A DNA stretch of 64,000 nucleotides, taken from contig OZ244048.1 of NCBI GenBank assembly GCA_965215265.1, forward strand, positions 3,776,001 through 3,840,000. The letters are read 5' to 3'. Positions 28,326 to 38,985 of this stretch are shown here, one piece after another (position 1 is the first letter of the stretch; every line of letters starts with the position of its first letter). The DNA comes from Candidatus Poribacteria bacterium. Lineage in GTDB: Bacteria > Poribacteria > WGA-4E > WGA-3G. Under the pieces are notes generated by a model. The model saw only the letters and a program-made list of their open reading frames with translations. It was not told where the DNA came from and ran no database searches. A program made the translations under genes and the position numbers.

Positions 28326-30263
28326 ATGACCTTACCAACACAACAACGTAGCTTGACATGGCGCGTCTTATGCATCTTCGCGATCTTCGCACCGGTTAAC
28401 TGCTACTTTCTCATCCAGATGGAACTGGTGCGGTATACATTTCCAACGTGGGTCGTCCCCCTATCCAACGTAATTTTCATTCTCACCGCGGTGATGCTAA
28501 TAAACGGGCTCGTCCGCTTGTTGAAAAGCAGCCTCGCGCTCGGCCAAGGTGAGCTCTTATTCCTCTATGTAACACTTAGCTTCGCAACGACGCTAGCTGG
28601 CTGCGATGTCTTGCAAGCAATCTTATCGCTACTCGGACACAGTTTCTGGTTTGCCACCGAAGAAAACGAATGGCGAACCCTATTTTGGCACCATCTTCCG
28701 CAATGGCTGACTGTTTCAGATAGGGATGCGTTGCGCAATTACTACCACGGCGAGTCCAGTCTCTATCTGCCGCATCACCTACGGGTTTGGATTCCCATTG
28801 TTGCAGCATGGCTCTTGTTGTTCTTGGTAGTCGCATTCATTTTCCTCTGCCTTAATACTATCTTGCGCCGGCAGTGGTCTGAACGTGAAAGGTTGACGTT
28901 CCCGATTATCCAACTGCCACTCGCCATGACCGACCCGGCATCCCGTTTCTTTCGGAATAAACGGATGTGGATAGGTTTCACAATTGCCGCGGGTATCAGC
29001 CTCTTTAACGGATTGAGCCATCTCTATCCTGTCATCCCAAGTATCCCCATAACGCGACAATTTTTCAGGTTTCACGAACCTCCGCTCAGCCTTTACGGTA
29101 CAGTTATTACAGCCTTTTATCCGTTTGCTATCGGTATTATGTTCCTCATGCCGTTAGACGTGCTCTTTTCAACAACGTTTTTCTATGTACTCTATCGCAA
29201 CGAAGTAGCATTAGCAAAAGCGGTCGGGTGGCACAGCATTCCGCGATTCCCATATCTCAATGAACAGACCATTGGCGCATTTATCGGGTTGTGCTTTTTC
29301 TTTGCGTGGACCGGTAAGCGACATTTCAGCAGTGTACTGAAAACCGCATTTCAGCCTCGCAACCGGGATGTTGCTTCTACAAATGGACCTGTCGGATTAG
29401 ATACCGAACCGATGCCCTATCGCGTGGCCGTATGGGGGTTTGTGCTGGGAATTCTCCTATTCGCCTTTCTACTGCACAAAGCCGGGATGGCGATGTGGCT
29501 TGCCATCACGTTTGCACTGCTATTCCTGATAACACCGCTTGTCACGACGCGCATTCGTGCTGAATCTGGTATCTTCGTTCACGCTTACCATTGGCAAGCA
29601 CCGCGATACATATTGAATACCGTCTTGGGGACACACCGCCTCGGTGCACAAAACTTGACTGCATTATCAGTCTGTTTTTTCAATCGTGACTACCGTCCGC
29701 AACAGATGCCGCATCAATTAGAAGCGTTCAAAATTGCCGAAGCTGCACGTATCCCGCAGCGACAGATGCTCTTTACTGTAATCATCGCTACCGTTGTCGG
29801 GGTGCTGGTTGCGTTCTGGGTGCAGCTGCACCTCTACTATCAATTCGGTGCAGATTCCGGCTATTTCGGACCCTGGGCACTCGGCTACGGGAAGGAATAC
29901 TTCAGACGTTTAACGAACTGGATAACCTATCCGTTAGACACAGATTGGATAGGCGTGATATTCATCGGCATCGGATTCTCAGTGATGATGGGGCTATCTT
30001 ACCTACGCGTCAAATTCTTTTGGCTTCCGTTGCACCCGCTCGGCTATGTGATGGCAAGCAATCAAGAGATGTCCGACCTCTGGATACCGCTATTCATTGC
30101 ATTAACCCTCAAATGGCTCATTCTCCGGCACGGTGGCATCCAGAGTTACCGACGTATCATCCCTTTCTTTTTAGGGCTCGTCCTCGGTGATTACCTCATG
30201 GGTAGTTTGTGGAGTCTACTGAACGTGCTTTTGAATACGACGATGTATCAGTTTTATCCATAG
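28326..30263 (+). CDS. Polytopic membrane protein, DUF6785/DUF6784 family (putative transporter)
   Basis: Many TM helices; RRQWSERERLTFP, RIRAESG, WLPLHPLGY, PFFLGLVLGD. Confidence 0.75.
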   Translation: MTLPTQQRSLTWRVLCIFAIFAPVNCYFLIQMELVRYTFPTWVVPLSNVIFILTAVMLINGLVRLLKSSLALGQGELLFLYVTLSFATTLAGCDVLQAILSLLGHSFWFATEENEWRTLFWHHLPQWLTVSDRDALRNYYHGESSLYLPHHLRVWIPIVAAWLLLFLVVAFIFLCLNTILRRQWSERERLTFPIIQLPLAMTDPASRFFRNKRMWIGFTIAAGISLFNGLSHLYPVIPSIPITRQFFRFHEPPLSLYGTVITAFYPFAIGIMFLMPLDVLFSTTFFYVLYRNEVALAKAVGWHSIPRFPYLNEQTIGAFIGLCFFFAWTGKRHFSSVLKTAFQPRNRDVASTNGPVGLDTEPMPYRVAVWGFVLGILLFAFLLHKAGMAMWLAITFALLFLITPLVTTRIRAESGIFVHAYHWQAPRYILNTVLGTHRLGAQNLTALSVCFFNRDYRPQQMPHQLEAFKIAEAARIPQRQMLFTVIIATVVGVLVAFWVQLHLYYQFGADSGYFGPWALGYGKEYFRRLTNWITYPLDTDWIGVIFIGIGFSVMMGLSYLRVKFFWLPLHPLGYVMASNQEMSDLWIPLFIALTLKWLILRHGGIQSYRRIIPFFLGLVLGDYLMGSLWSLLNVLLNTTMYQFYP

Positions 30264-30273
30264 TTCAATTGCT

Positions 30274-30300
30274 GGGCTGAGAACGAATTCAGCCCTTTCT
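30274..30300 (+). terminator. Probable intrinsic terminator
   Basis: GGGCTGA...TCAGCCC followed by TTTCT, between convergent genes. Confidence 0.5.
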
Positions 30301-30329
30301 GTCATGACTATTCGCTTGGTTAATTCCGT

Positions 30330-31403
30330 TCACTGAATTGAGAGGCTGGAGATAGGTAACCACAACCCACCGGTACTTTTGGCGATGAATTTTTGATACG
30401 GCTCATCCCGTCCGATAACATCGACGCGAATTCGCGATTCCTTCATCTTCATAATCACATCTGTGTGGGAGTAAGCCCCACTGACATATTCATCTGTGAC
30501 GAGAATGAAATGAACATCTGCCTCACGCCGGAATCTCACCTCATCCGCTGCCCGGACCAAAGCATCTAGTGTATTTTCATCGCCGCTGCATCGCAATTGT
30601 CCTAATATCCGTTTAATCTGTGAAACCGAACGCGTTTGCGACACGATCTCAAAATCTAGTCCGAGAAGTTTATAACCGGTGCCAGTCCGAAACGCCACAA
30701 TCCCCAAGGTGAAGTCCATATTTGCGGCTTTGAACATTTCTGTCATGTGACTGAGATGCTCGCGCACGGCGTTGATGTCGTTTTTCATACTCCCACTCCC
30801 ATCAATTACAAACACAATGTCAACCAGATGGGTGGTCCGGTTCGCGATAATGTGTCTGCCTATCTTGGTTAATGCTAAATCGGGTAGAGTGAGCTCAGCA
30901 ACATCAGCACTCGGCTTTTGGACAGAAGTGCTAAAAAAATGATGTTTCGCGTCTCCATAACCTTCAGTCTCCACACCTGCTGAAATCCTTGAATTTATGT
31001 GCCCACCTTCTATTCCCGGAACAAGCGAAGAACTTCCGTTATTATATCCGTGTCTTGTAGTAGATGGAAATGGCAACCCTTCAGTTTGAAACTGAAGTTT
31101 CATCTCCTGAGGTAGAGTTGTGCTCACTGAGGCAGGAGACGTAATTGGTCTCACCTTCACAGTCTGGAACCGGGGCAACGTCTCAGAAACTAGCGGTAAT
31201 TGCAATGGAACCTGCGGCAGACGTTTTATAGGACGGACAGGTAGACGCTGACGCATCTCAGAAATCTCAATATCAGAAAATGAGGCTTGATGCCGCGAGA
31301 CTCTCTGGCGATATAACGGACTAAGCACCAAAAGTAGAAGGATATGGAAGCCAATGGATAGGATTAAGGCATTTGAGATGACTTTCTGAAAAAAACGTTT
31401 CAT
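30330..31403 (-). CDS. Membrane-anchored von Willebrand factor A domain protein
   Basis: TM (SIGFHILLL), Pro linker, MIDAS DIVFVIDGSGSM, ILVTDE; likely start MKRFF at 31403. Confidence 0.8.
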   Translation of the reverse strand: MKRFFQKVISNALILSIGFHILLLLVLSPLYRQRVSRHQASFSDIEISEMRQRLPVRPIKRLPQVPLQLPLVSETLPRFQTVKVRPITSPASVSTTLPQEMKLQFQTEGLPFPSTTRHGYNNGSSSLVPGIEGGHINSRISAGVETEGYGDAKHHFFSTSVQKPSADVAELTLPDLALTKIGRHIIANRTTHLVDIVFVIDGSGSMKNDINAVREHLSHMTEMFKAANMDFTLGIVAFRTGTGYKLLGLDFEIVSQTRSVSQIKRILGQLRCSGDENTLDALVRAADEVRFRREADVHFILVTDEYVSGAYSHTDVIMKMKESRIRVDVIGRDEPYQKFIAKSTGGLWLPISSLSIQ

Positions 31404-31659
31404 AGCACTTTTTATTTCGTGTCTGTGATAAGATGGGCTTGGTCTAAACGGAGAAATGATGAGAAATGGGAGCATTTTCATTTTTTCTGCATTTATGCCC
31501 ATCTCGAAATCAACTTTATTCGTTCATTATTCTTTCACGAAACTGCGGAATTTTTTCGGCTAATTCAGCTGCGGCTCGCTATAATATCATTTTCTGCACG
31601 TCTATTTCCCATTATACCATGAGAGAATTAACTATTACAAGTGCAAATCTTTTTTAAAA

Positions 31660-31689
31660 TTGACAAAAAAGGCGACAATATGATATTAT
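31660..31689 (+). promoter_or_regulatory. Sigma70-type promoter
   Basis: TTGACA-18 nt-TATTAT upstream of the mutarotase. Confidence 0.5.
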
Positions 31690-31748
31690 ACTCTATAAGC
31701 AAGACTTAATTTTCAACAGCGTGTTATTTGATCGGAAACCTGAGAAAA

Positions 31749-32081
31749 ATGAAGCACTTCGGATTAACACTGAATTTGAAAAACGATCCGGCAGTTATCA
31801 AACAGTACAAAGCATATCACCTCAACGCCTGGTCGGAGGTCGTCGAGGGGCTCAAGAACGTTGGCATTACGAAGATGAACATTTATCTCTTGGGATGTCG
31901 GCTGTTCATGGCTATGGAAACCGTGGATGATTTTGACCTTGAACGCGATTTTTCGCGCTACCTTGAGCAACATCCGCAATGCCAGGCATGGGACGAATTA
32001 ATGCGTACCTTCCAAGAACCAGTGGCTGAGGCAGGCGCTGATGAATGGTGGGCGCGCATGGAACCTGTTTTTGAGTTGTAA
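31749..32081 (+). CDS. L-rhamnose mutarotase family protein
   Basis: YKAYHLNAWSEV, GITKMNIY, WDELM, MEPVFEL; start ATG 31749. Confidence 0.85.
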   Translation: MKHFGLTLNLKNDPAVIKQYKAYHLNAWSEVVEGLKNVGITKMNIYLLGCRLFMAMETVDDFDLERDFSRYLEQHPQCQAWDELMRTFQEPVAEAGADEWWARMEPVFEL

Positions 32082-32092
32082 AGGATAAACGG

Positions 32093-32935
32093 ATGCAACC
32101 GACTTTTCTCTCTGTTGGGCATTTTTGCTATGATGTTGCGCCCGATGGTTACATCCTGGGCGGTTCCGCTGCGTACTCAACGGTGACGGCACGAAATCTC
32201 GGAATTCCTGCTCGCGCCGTCACGGCTGTCGGCCCCAATTTTGACGCTGAGAACTGTCTGTTAAAAGGCATTGAAACCCGTTATCATCAATCAACAGAAA
32301 CTACGATTTTTGATAACCAGTACGATGAACGTGGCAATCGACTACAGTTTATTTCTGCTCTCGCAATGAACTTAAGCCCGGAACACATTCCTATAACGTG
32401 GAGATGCCCCGATATTGTTTATCTCTGTCCAATCGCTGGTGAGGTTGATGCCGACATTATTCACATGTTCAGCGATGAAACGCTGATTGGTGTAACACCC
32501 CAAGGATGGATGAGACAGTGGGATAGCGACGGCCGTGTGTTCCCAAAGCGATGGGAAAACGCTGAAGAAATTTTGCCGCATACGGACATCTTGGTTCTCA
32601 GTGACGAAGACCTGGGGATGTACCCAGATGAATTGGAGAAATACATCACATTGACACCAATCGTTGTCTTAACACGAGGCGCACGAGACGCGCAACTCTT
32701 TCAAAATGGAAACGTCCTCAAATCACCAGCGTATTCTATTACTGAAATCGATCCGACTGGTGCTGGCGACGTGTTCGCGACTGCCTTCCTAATTAACTAT
32801 TGCCAGACCCGGGCGGTCAAGCAGGCACTCAATTTCGCACACTGTGTTGCCTCGTTCGCTGTGGAGGGCACCGGCGCTTCAAATATTCCAACATTCACAC
32901 AGGTGATGGCACGATTAAAACCGATAGCAACCTAA
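32093..32935 (+). CDS. PfkB family carbohydrate kinase
   Basis: GGSAAY, DPTGAGDVFA. Confidence 0.88.
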   Translation: MQPTFLSVGHFCYDVAPDGYILGGSAAYSTVTARNLGIPARAVTAVGPNFDAENCLLKGIETRYHQSTETTIFDNQYDERGNRLQFISALAMNLSPEHIPITWRCPDIVYLCPIAGEVDADIIHMFSDETLIGVTPQGWMRQWDSDGRVFPKRWENAEEILPHTDILVLSDEDLGMYPDELEKYITLTPIVVLTRGARDAQLFQNGNVLKSPAYSITEIDPTGAGDVFATAFLINYCQTRAVKQALNFAHCVASFAVEGTGASNIPTFTQVMARLKPIAT

Positions 32936-33003
32936 TACGACAGGCACCTTTTGCAGAAGTCGTAATGTTTTTGAGGAAAGAATTACCTTTATCGCCGTTC
33001 CAA

Positions 33004-33040
33004 TTAAGAAGTTCTCCCTGCAAAGCAGGGATGAATCCTT
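33004..33040 (+). repeat. 37-bp palindromic element, copy 1 (IS200/IS605-end or REP-like)
   Basis: TTAAGAAGTTCTCCCTGCAAAGCAGGGATGAATCCTT; 36/37 identical to the reverse complement of 42518..42554. Confidence 0.85.
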
Positions 33041-33071
33041 TTATCTGGAACAGCAAGTTTAATGAGAAAAA

Positions 33072-33899
33072 ATGATGGCAATTAACTACGACTTCATCGC
33101 ATACTGCTGTAAACTCTCAACGGACACTTGGAAAATCGGAATGAAAGCCATCCAAGGCGAAGTCCCCTTGGATATTGTCATACCCGAGCAACAATACTCA
33201 GAAGAGGAGATAGTCGGAGTTTTAAACACTGAAGGCATCGTCCGGGAAAGTTCAGATGCAGTTGAGTTAATCCGCTACCTGCGGGAGTTGAATGCAAAAC
33301 CGAATGACGATTTTGGATATAATGACCTCGTTATCCGCAATGTTCACACCCGTTTGATTAACCTGAAGGTTAATCAGGAAATCCGTGTCCAAATCACTTA
33401 CTCCGAACGTAAAGGACACTATAGCCGATATCTATATCAGATTAAAATGCTCGGAATCTTCCCACACATTGAGGCTGCGGAAGAGGAAACCAGCGAGCAT
33501 GAGGACTATGCAACGCACACACAGCCTGTACAACAGAGAGAAATGGCTGAAACCGCAGAGAAGCCACCCTACAAAACAACGAATACCCTTGAAAAATTAA
33601 TCAATTTCGCTCAAAACCTGCAACGCGAACTCAAACAAACCCAGAAAAGCCTTTCTTTAATGGCAGACAGAGTCGAGCAATTGGAAGAAGAACGGCAGTC
33701 CTATCGTGAACTTCGAAACATGGTCCAAGATATTCTCGATCATCTTAACCAACTTGAAACTTTTGATGAGCGAATTAAACTCCTCGAAATCGATCGGCAG
33801 CAACTCCATGCGCTCCAACAAACCTTGCAAACTTTTCTCAAAGCCTCAAATCAACTGACGCAAATGTTGATGAAAGAAAACGCTGACAATTTACGATAG
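33072..33899 (+). CDS. Hypothetical protein with C-terminal coiled coil
   Basis: 275-aa ORF in operon orientation; heptad L/Q/E-rich C-terminal half. Confidence 0.7.
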   Translation: MMAINYDFIAYCCKLSTDTWKIGMKAIQGEVPLDIVIPEQQYSEEEIVGVLNTEGIVRESSDAVELIRYLRELNAKPNDDFGYNDLVIRNVHTRLINLKVNQEIRVQITYSERKGHYSRYLYQIKMLGIFPHIEAAEEETSEHEDYATHTQPVQQREMAETAEKPPYKTTNTLEKLINFAQNLQRELKQTQKSLSLMADRVEQLEEERQSYRELRNMVQDILDHLNQLETFDERIKLLEIDRQQLHALQQTLQTFLKASNQLTQMLMKENADNLR

Positions 33900-33945
33900 A
33901 CGCACTTTGTCAACGGACACGCGTGATCGAAAGGAGAAGTCCGAT

Positions 33946-34746
33946 ATGATCAAATTAGGTACGATGTCTCTGAACCTCAGAAATACAAACGCGACTGCCT
34001 TCGCACAAATCGTATACGAACTCGGTTTTGATGTTATCGAACTGCATTCAAGCGCGTTTGAATCTACCGATGCGAGTTACTTGCGTGAACTTAAGAAAAA
34101 CCTGATGCGCAAAGGTTTACCGTTAGGGTACATCGGCATCAGCAATAATTTCGGTGTACCTGTTGACCAACATCCGGAGCAGATCGCCAGGATTAAGCAG
34201 TGGATTGACATTGCCGCCTTTATGAGCTGTCCACTAGTTCGGGTCTTCGCCGCTTACGTGCCTGACGATTGTGAAAATGAGGAAACCTTATGGCCACCTA
34301 TGATTGAAGCGTTCAAGGAGGTAGCTGAGTATGGATATGAAGCCGGCATTCTAGTGGGGTTACAGAATCACAACCATAACAATGTGACGCGCGATGGGGA
34401 TGCTGTCCTACGAGCCTTGAATGGAACGAACCATCCGTACTTCACGCATATCCTTGATACAGGACAGTACGCAGGCTCCCCCGGTGCAAGTGGCCATCGT
34501 GGTTCACCACATCCGGATTACGACTGCTACACAAGTATTGAGCAGACCGCGCCGCATGCAGTATACGTCCGGACAAAATTCTATCAGATTGACAGTGGCG
34601 TAGAGGAATGGCTTGACTACCCGCGCGTTTTAGAAATCTTACGCGCTGTCGGCTATAACGGTTGTCTCTCCGTTGTTTATGAAGGTCCGTCCGACCCGGT
34701 TGAATCCATGCGAAAAGCAAAAAGTTATTTGCAATCATTACTATAG
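33946..34746 (+). CDS. Sugar phosphate isomerase/epimerase (xylose isomerase-like TIM barrel)
   Basis: GFDVIEL, VRVF, GLQNH, LDTG, GYNGCLSVVYEG; AAGGAG before ATG 33946. Confidence 0.85.
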   Translation: MIKLGTMSLNLRNTNATAFAQIVYELGFDVIELHSSAFESTDASYLRELKKNLMRKGLPLGYIGISNNFGVPVDQHPEQIARIKQWIDIAAFMSCPLVRVFAAYVPDDCENEETLWPPMIEAFKEVAEYGYEAGILVGLQNHNHNNVTRDGDAVLRALNGTNHPYFTHILDTGQYAGSPGASGHRGSPHPDYDCYTSIEQTAPHAVYVRTKFYQIDSGVEEWLDYPRVLEILRAVGYNGCLSVVYEGPSDPVESMRKAKSYLQSLL

Positions 34747-34888
34747 AGTCGACACCTGATTCGTCTGTTATTGCTACCATCAAATAATGCTAAACATCAA
34801 ACCTAAGTATCTTGTCAATAACAATGGACAACAAGGGACGGAAAATCGCCACTGCAGTAGGTAAACCTAAAATCGAGGAGAAAACAGA

Positions 34889-35992
34889 ATGAAAACGCGT
34901 GCTGCTGTTGTCTATCAACACAACCAACCTGTCGTCGTCGAAGATCTTGAGTTAGACGAACCTAAGGTTAACGAAGTTCTAATTCGCACCGCGGCCAGCG
35001 GAGTATGCCATTCAGACTTATCTGTCGTTACTGGAACAATCTATTATGATGCAGCAGTCGCTCTCGGACACGAAGGAGCCGGTGTGATTGAAGCAGTCGG
35101 TTCGGAGGTGACTTACGCGCGCCCTGGCGACCCGGTAATCTTATCTTTCGTCAGTTATTGCGGCAGCTGCCGGATGTGCCAGATGGCGCGTGTCTGCCTC
35201 TGCGAAAGTTACAACGTACCACGTGGGTTTCAGTTAGACGGCACCTACCGTCTCCGCAATAAATCTGGCGATGGTATCCTCCAGATGGCACGCGTTGCCA
35301 CGATGTCGGAGTACATGGTTGTGCCACAACAAAACCTCGTCAAAATTGATTCGCACTACTCATTGGAGCAAGCCGCCCTCGTCGGGTGTGGTGTCACAAC
35401 AGGTGTTGGAGCAGTTCTTAACACAGCAAAGGTAGAGCCAGGGAGTTCCGTTGCCGTCATTGGCACCGGTGGAGTCGGTTTGAACGTCATCCAAGGGGCG
35501 GGCCTCGCAGATGCAGAACAGATTATCGCCGTTGACATCTCCGAAAAGAAACTGAACTTTGCACAAAATTTCGGTGCTACAGATGGTATCAACGCCAATG
35601 AAACCGACCCGATTGAAGCAGTGCAGGAGTTGACAGACGGCCGCGGGGTTGACTATGCATTTGAGGTTATCGGGAATCCAAAAACTATCGTGCAAGCCTA
35701 TAACATGGTACGTGCAGCCGGAACCGCTGTCATTGTCGGTATGGCGCATCATCAAGCCGAATTTAGTATTCCAGCACAGGCATTCGTTTCGAGTGAAAAA
35801 CGTCTCATCGGTTCTTTCTACGGTTCATGCCAACCGCGGGTCGATATGCCTAAAATCCTCAATCTTTACGAAGAAGGCAAACTTAAATTAGACGAACTCA
35901 TTACGCGGCACTATCGCCTCGGGCAAATTAATGAGGCTTTCGCTGATATGGAGGCCGGTGAAAACGCACGCGGGGTTATCGTCTTTGACTAG
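34889..35992 (+). CDS. Zn-dependent alcohol dehydrogenase (class III-like)
   Basis: GVCHSD, GHEGAG, CGSCRMC, GCGVTTG, GTGGVG. Confidence 0.93.
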   Translation: MKTRAAVVYQHNQPVVVEDLELDEPKVNEVLIRTAASGVCHSDLSVVTGTIYYDAAVALGHEGAGVIEAVGSEVTYARPGDPVILSFVSYCGSCRMCQMARVCLCESYNVPRGFQLDGTYRLRNKSGDGILQMARVATMSEYMVVPQQNLVKIDSHYSLEQAALVGCGVTTGVGAVLNTAKVEPGSSVAVIGTGGVGLNVIQGAGLADAEQIIAVDISEKKLNFAQNFGATDGINANETDPIEAVQELTDGRGVDYAFEVIGNPKTIVQAYNMVRAAGTAVIVGMAHHQAEFSIPAQAFVSSEKRLIGSFYGSCQPRVDMPKILNLYEEGKLKLDELITRHYRLGQINEAFADMEAGENARGVIVFD

Positions 35993-36006
35993 TACCGAAC
36001 TAAAAT

Positions 36007-36783
36007 ATGAAATCCATACACAATGCAGTCAGACAGCAGTTTAGCCAACACGCTGACTATTATGCACAAAGCACCGCACACGCGAAAGGCGACACCTTAG
36101 AGGTTATCCTTGACTTCGCCGAACCGATAGGCAGTGAACGTGTGTTGGATATCGCAACTGGAACAGGCTTCACTGCGTTTGTCCTCGCCCCTAAAGTCGC
36201 TCACGTCGTCGCAACCGATTTAACTGCAGAAATGGTCGCGAAGGCAACCGAGTTAGCAAATGAACAACGGATACACAACGTTGACTTTGCGCTTGCGGCT
36301 GCTGAAATACTCCCCTTTGCGAGTGCAACGTACGATATCGTGACGTGCCGCCTCGCACCGCATCACTTTCAGGACATGCCTGCATTTTTAAGCGAAGTTC
36401 ACCGGGTGCTGCGGAAAGATGGACGTTTCTGCATGGTAGATTCGGTTTCCCCGGAATCCGAGAAACTCATGGCGTGGCAGAACCGCGTAGAGACGTTGCG
36501 CGATGATTCGCATGTCTATGGCTATCCGCCATCTCAGTGGGATGCTATGATTACGGAGGCGGGATTTGTCATAGAGAAAACGACGCATGTACGAAATGCA
36601 CAGATGTCGTTCGCGTGGTGGGTCCGGCCGGGGAAAAATCCACCTGAATTGGTTAATGAGATTCGCAGGGCGTTCGCGCAGCTTTCCCCGGATGAAGCCA
36701 GAGAGCATTACACCGTCCAGCTAGAGGGTGACGATTTTTACTTTTCATGGCCGATGTATGCTGTTAAAGCGCGGCGGCCATAA
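36007..36783 (+). CDS. Class I SAM-dependent methyltransferase
   Basis: VLDIATGTG, LPFASATYDIVTCRLAPHHF. Confidence 0.9.
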   Translation: MKSIHNAVRQQFSQHADYYAQSTAHAKGDTLEVILDFAEPIGSERVLDIATGTGFTAFVLAPKVAHVVATDLTAEMVAKATELANEQRIHNVDFALAAAEILPFASATYDIVTCRLAPHHFQDMPAFLSEVHRVLRKDGRFCMVDSVSPESEKLMAWQNRVETLRDDSHVYGYPPSQWDAMITEAGFVIEKTTHVRNAQMSFAWWVRPGKNPPELVNEIRRAFAQLSPDEAREHYTVQLEGDDFYFSWPMYAVKARRP

Positions 36784-36921
36784 TAGCAAGAACACGCTAT
36801 TTATAGAAGGTACGTCGCTGACCACTAAAGCAAAGGTTTGACTCATCTTGTGAAGATGAATAGTCGTTTTTCGCACGGTTAGTGAACGCAATGAACTGTA
36901 ATCAATAGCCATATTATACTT

Positions 36922-37893
36922 TTATCGGGCAGAACCCTCGGAGAGAAGGAATTGCTCAATCTCAATTGGAGTTGGCAACGCAGGAATAACCCCCATCCTC
37001 TGTGTGGCTAACGCTCCGGCAGCGTTTGCATAGCGCATGATTGTCTCCAATTTCGTGGTATCAAGTGACTGGATATGCTCATGACGTATCAATTCTGACA
37101 GCATCGCAGCGACAAACGCATCGCCCGCGCCAAGTGTATCCACAACATCAATGGCAAACCCATCAACGTACCCTTCAGCACTGCCGTTGGTGTAGTAGCA
37201 TCCTCGCTCCCCTAATGTCACTATGAGCAGCACAGCACCGAGCCCGAGAATCCGTTCTGCACCCCTTCCAAACGGAACGTCTCCCATGATAAATTCCCAC
37301 TCTTCTTCCGAAATTTTAACGACATCGGCTGACGGCATCACCTCCCAGATCCACTGTTTGGCATCGTTGGCGGTGTCCCAAAGCATCAACCGCAAATTCG
37401 GATCGTAGGAAAGGAATGCTCCGGCAGATTTCGCATACTGGATCGCTTTTAACGTTGCTTCTCGACTTGGTGAATGACTGAGGCTGACGGAACCGTAATG
37501 GAAGAGTTCGGTCGATTTTAGATAGGCTGCATCGACTTCATCTGGCGAGAGTTGGATGTCGGCCCCGGGGTGCCGATAGAAGGTAATATCCTTCATTCCA
37601 TCAGAACGTGTCGCAACGAACGCTAAGGTCGTGCGAGAGTGCTCGCCAGCGATGAGGTAGGAAGTATCTACATTATTCTGTGTGAGTGTGTCTCTCAGGA
37701 AAACCCCAAACGCGTCTGCGCCGACTTTCCCGATAAAACCGGTATCAATACCGAGTTTTGCCAATCCAACGGCAACGTTTGCTGGTGCGCCGCCCGGGGC
37801 TTTGACAAACCCCGGCGATGCTGCGAGCGTTACATCGGTTGCGGTTGATACAAAATCTATGAGCAACTCACCTATACAGATTGCTTTGGGCAT
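36922..37893 (-). CDS. PfkB family kinase (fructokinase-like)
   Basis: GGAPANVA, YDPNLR, DTLGAGDAF. Confidence 0.9.
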   Translation of the reverse strand: MPKAICIGELLIDFVSTATDVTLAASPGFVKAPGGAPANVAVGLAKLGIDTGFIGKVGADAFGVFLRDTLTQNNVDTSYLIAGEHSRTTLAFVATRSDGMKDITFYRHPGADIQLSPDEVDAAYLKSTELFHYGSVSLSHSPSREATLKAIQYAKSAGAFLSYDPNLRLMLWDTANDAKQWIWEVMPSADVVKISEEEWEFIMGDVPFGRGAERILGLGAVLLIVTLGERGCYYTNGSAEGYVDGFAIDVVDTLGAGDAFVAAMLSELIRHEHIQSLDTTKLETIMRYANAAGALATQRMGVIPALPTPIEIEQFLLSEGSAR

Positions 37894-37908
37894 ACGAGTT
37901 TAGTCCCT

Positions 37909-38985
37909 TCAAAATGTCGTGTACAAGGTTTGGGCTTGCCCGGTTTGGGCAGAGCGATACCCTGCATCGAAAATCTCTATCACGTGCCGAGCATGCTCCG
38001 CCGTAACGATGGTAGGCTTATCCTCACGGATCCAGTCTACTAACTGCATGATATCCTCGTACACATGTGATTCCTCAATATTCCGATGGGAACCCACCAC
38101 GTGTGGCAATGCCATGTCCGGTGCTTCAATCGGTTTTCCGTTAAGCGAATTCCCTTGAATGCTACCCTCTGTTCCGTGAATCGCTAATCCGCCGCGGACG
38201 ACTGAGCCCGCGGCCGCACCGTAGACAAATCCATAGAATGCCTCTCCGAAATCCAATAAAATGAAGGTGTTATCGTCCATATCGCAAGGAAGCATCTCGC
38301 CCCGGAATTCACGCTCCTTGACTCGAACCCCAGAAAAAGCTGTCACGCGTTTCGCGGGACCGAGGATACCTGTCATGGTATGTAGACCGTAAACCGTCAT
38401 ATCGTAAAGGGGACCTCCGCCCGGTTTCCGGAAATACCACGCAGGGTTAATATTTGAGAGCAGATCGGCTCCGTGTCGAACGGATTCGTTTTCGTGGTAT
38501 CTGCCGAAGGCCGAACCGGTCGCTGCCCACGTCAACGTTCCAATGGCACCGGCTCGAACGAGCCTGCGAATTTCTTGGTTAATCGGACGCAACATCTGCC
38601 CAGGTGAAGCGACTAATTTTACGCCTTTGCGCGCCGCTGTCGCAATCAGATCATCCGCTTCGTCCACAGTAGTTGTCATTGTCTTATTAAAATGTGCATG
38701 AACACCGTGTTCTACCGCAAGTTTTCCCTGCTCGTAATGCAAACCGATCGGCGACGCAATGCTAACTGCATCTACATGTCCATCAGCCAATAGTTCTTCG
38801 TAACTTTCATAGGCATGCGGTACATTGAATTTTTCGGATGCGGCTCGTGCCCTGCCTGGGACCGGATCGCACACAGCAGTTACTTGCAGCCTATCTTGGA
38901 CATCGTCTTGCGTAAGGTGCGGAAGAATCCCGCGCACCGAGATACTTCCCACCCCGACGACTCCGATCCGCACTCTATCGCTCAT
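37909..38985 (-). CDS. Gfo/Idh/MocA oxidoreductase
   Basis: IGVVGVG, DAVSIASP..H, GGGPLYD..VY; ATGA overlap gives start 38985. Confidence 0.88.
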   Translation of the reverse strand: MSDRVRIGVVGVGSISVRGILPHLTQDDVQDRLQVTAVCDPVPGRARAASEKFNVPHAYESYEELLADGHVDAVSIASPIGLHYEQGKLAVEHGVHAHFNKTMTTTVDEADDLIATAARKGVKLVASPGQMLRPINQEIRRLVRAGAIGTLTWAATGSAFGRYHENESVRHGADLLSNINPAWYFRKPGGGPLYDMTVYGLHTMTGILGPAKRVTAFSGVRVKEREFRGEMLPCDMDDNTFILLDFGEAFYGFVYGAAAGSVVRGGLAIHGTEGSIQGNSLNGKPIEAPDMALPHVVGSHRNIEESHVYEDIMQLVDWIREDKPTIVTAEHARHVIEIFDAGYRSAQTGQAQTLYTTF

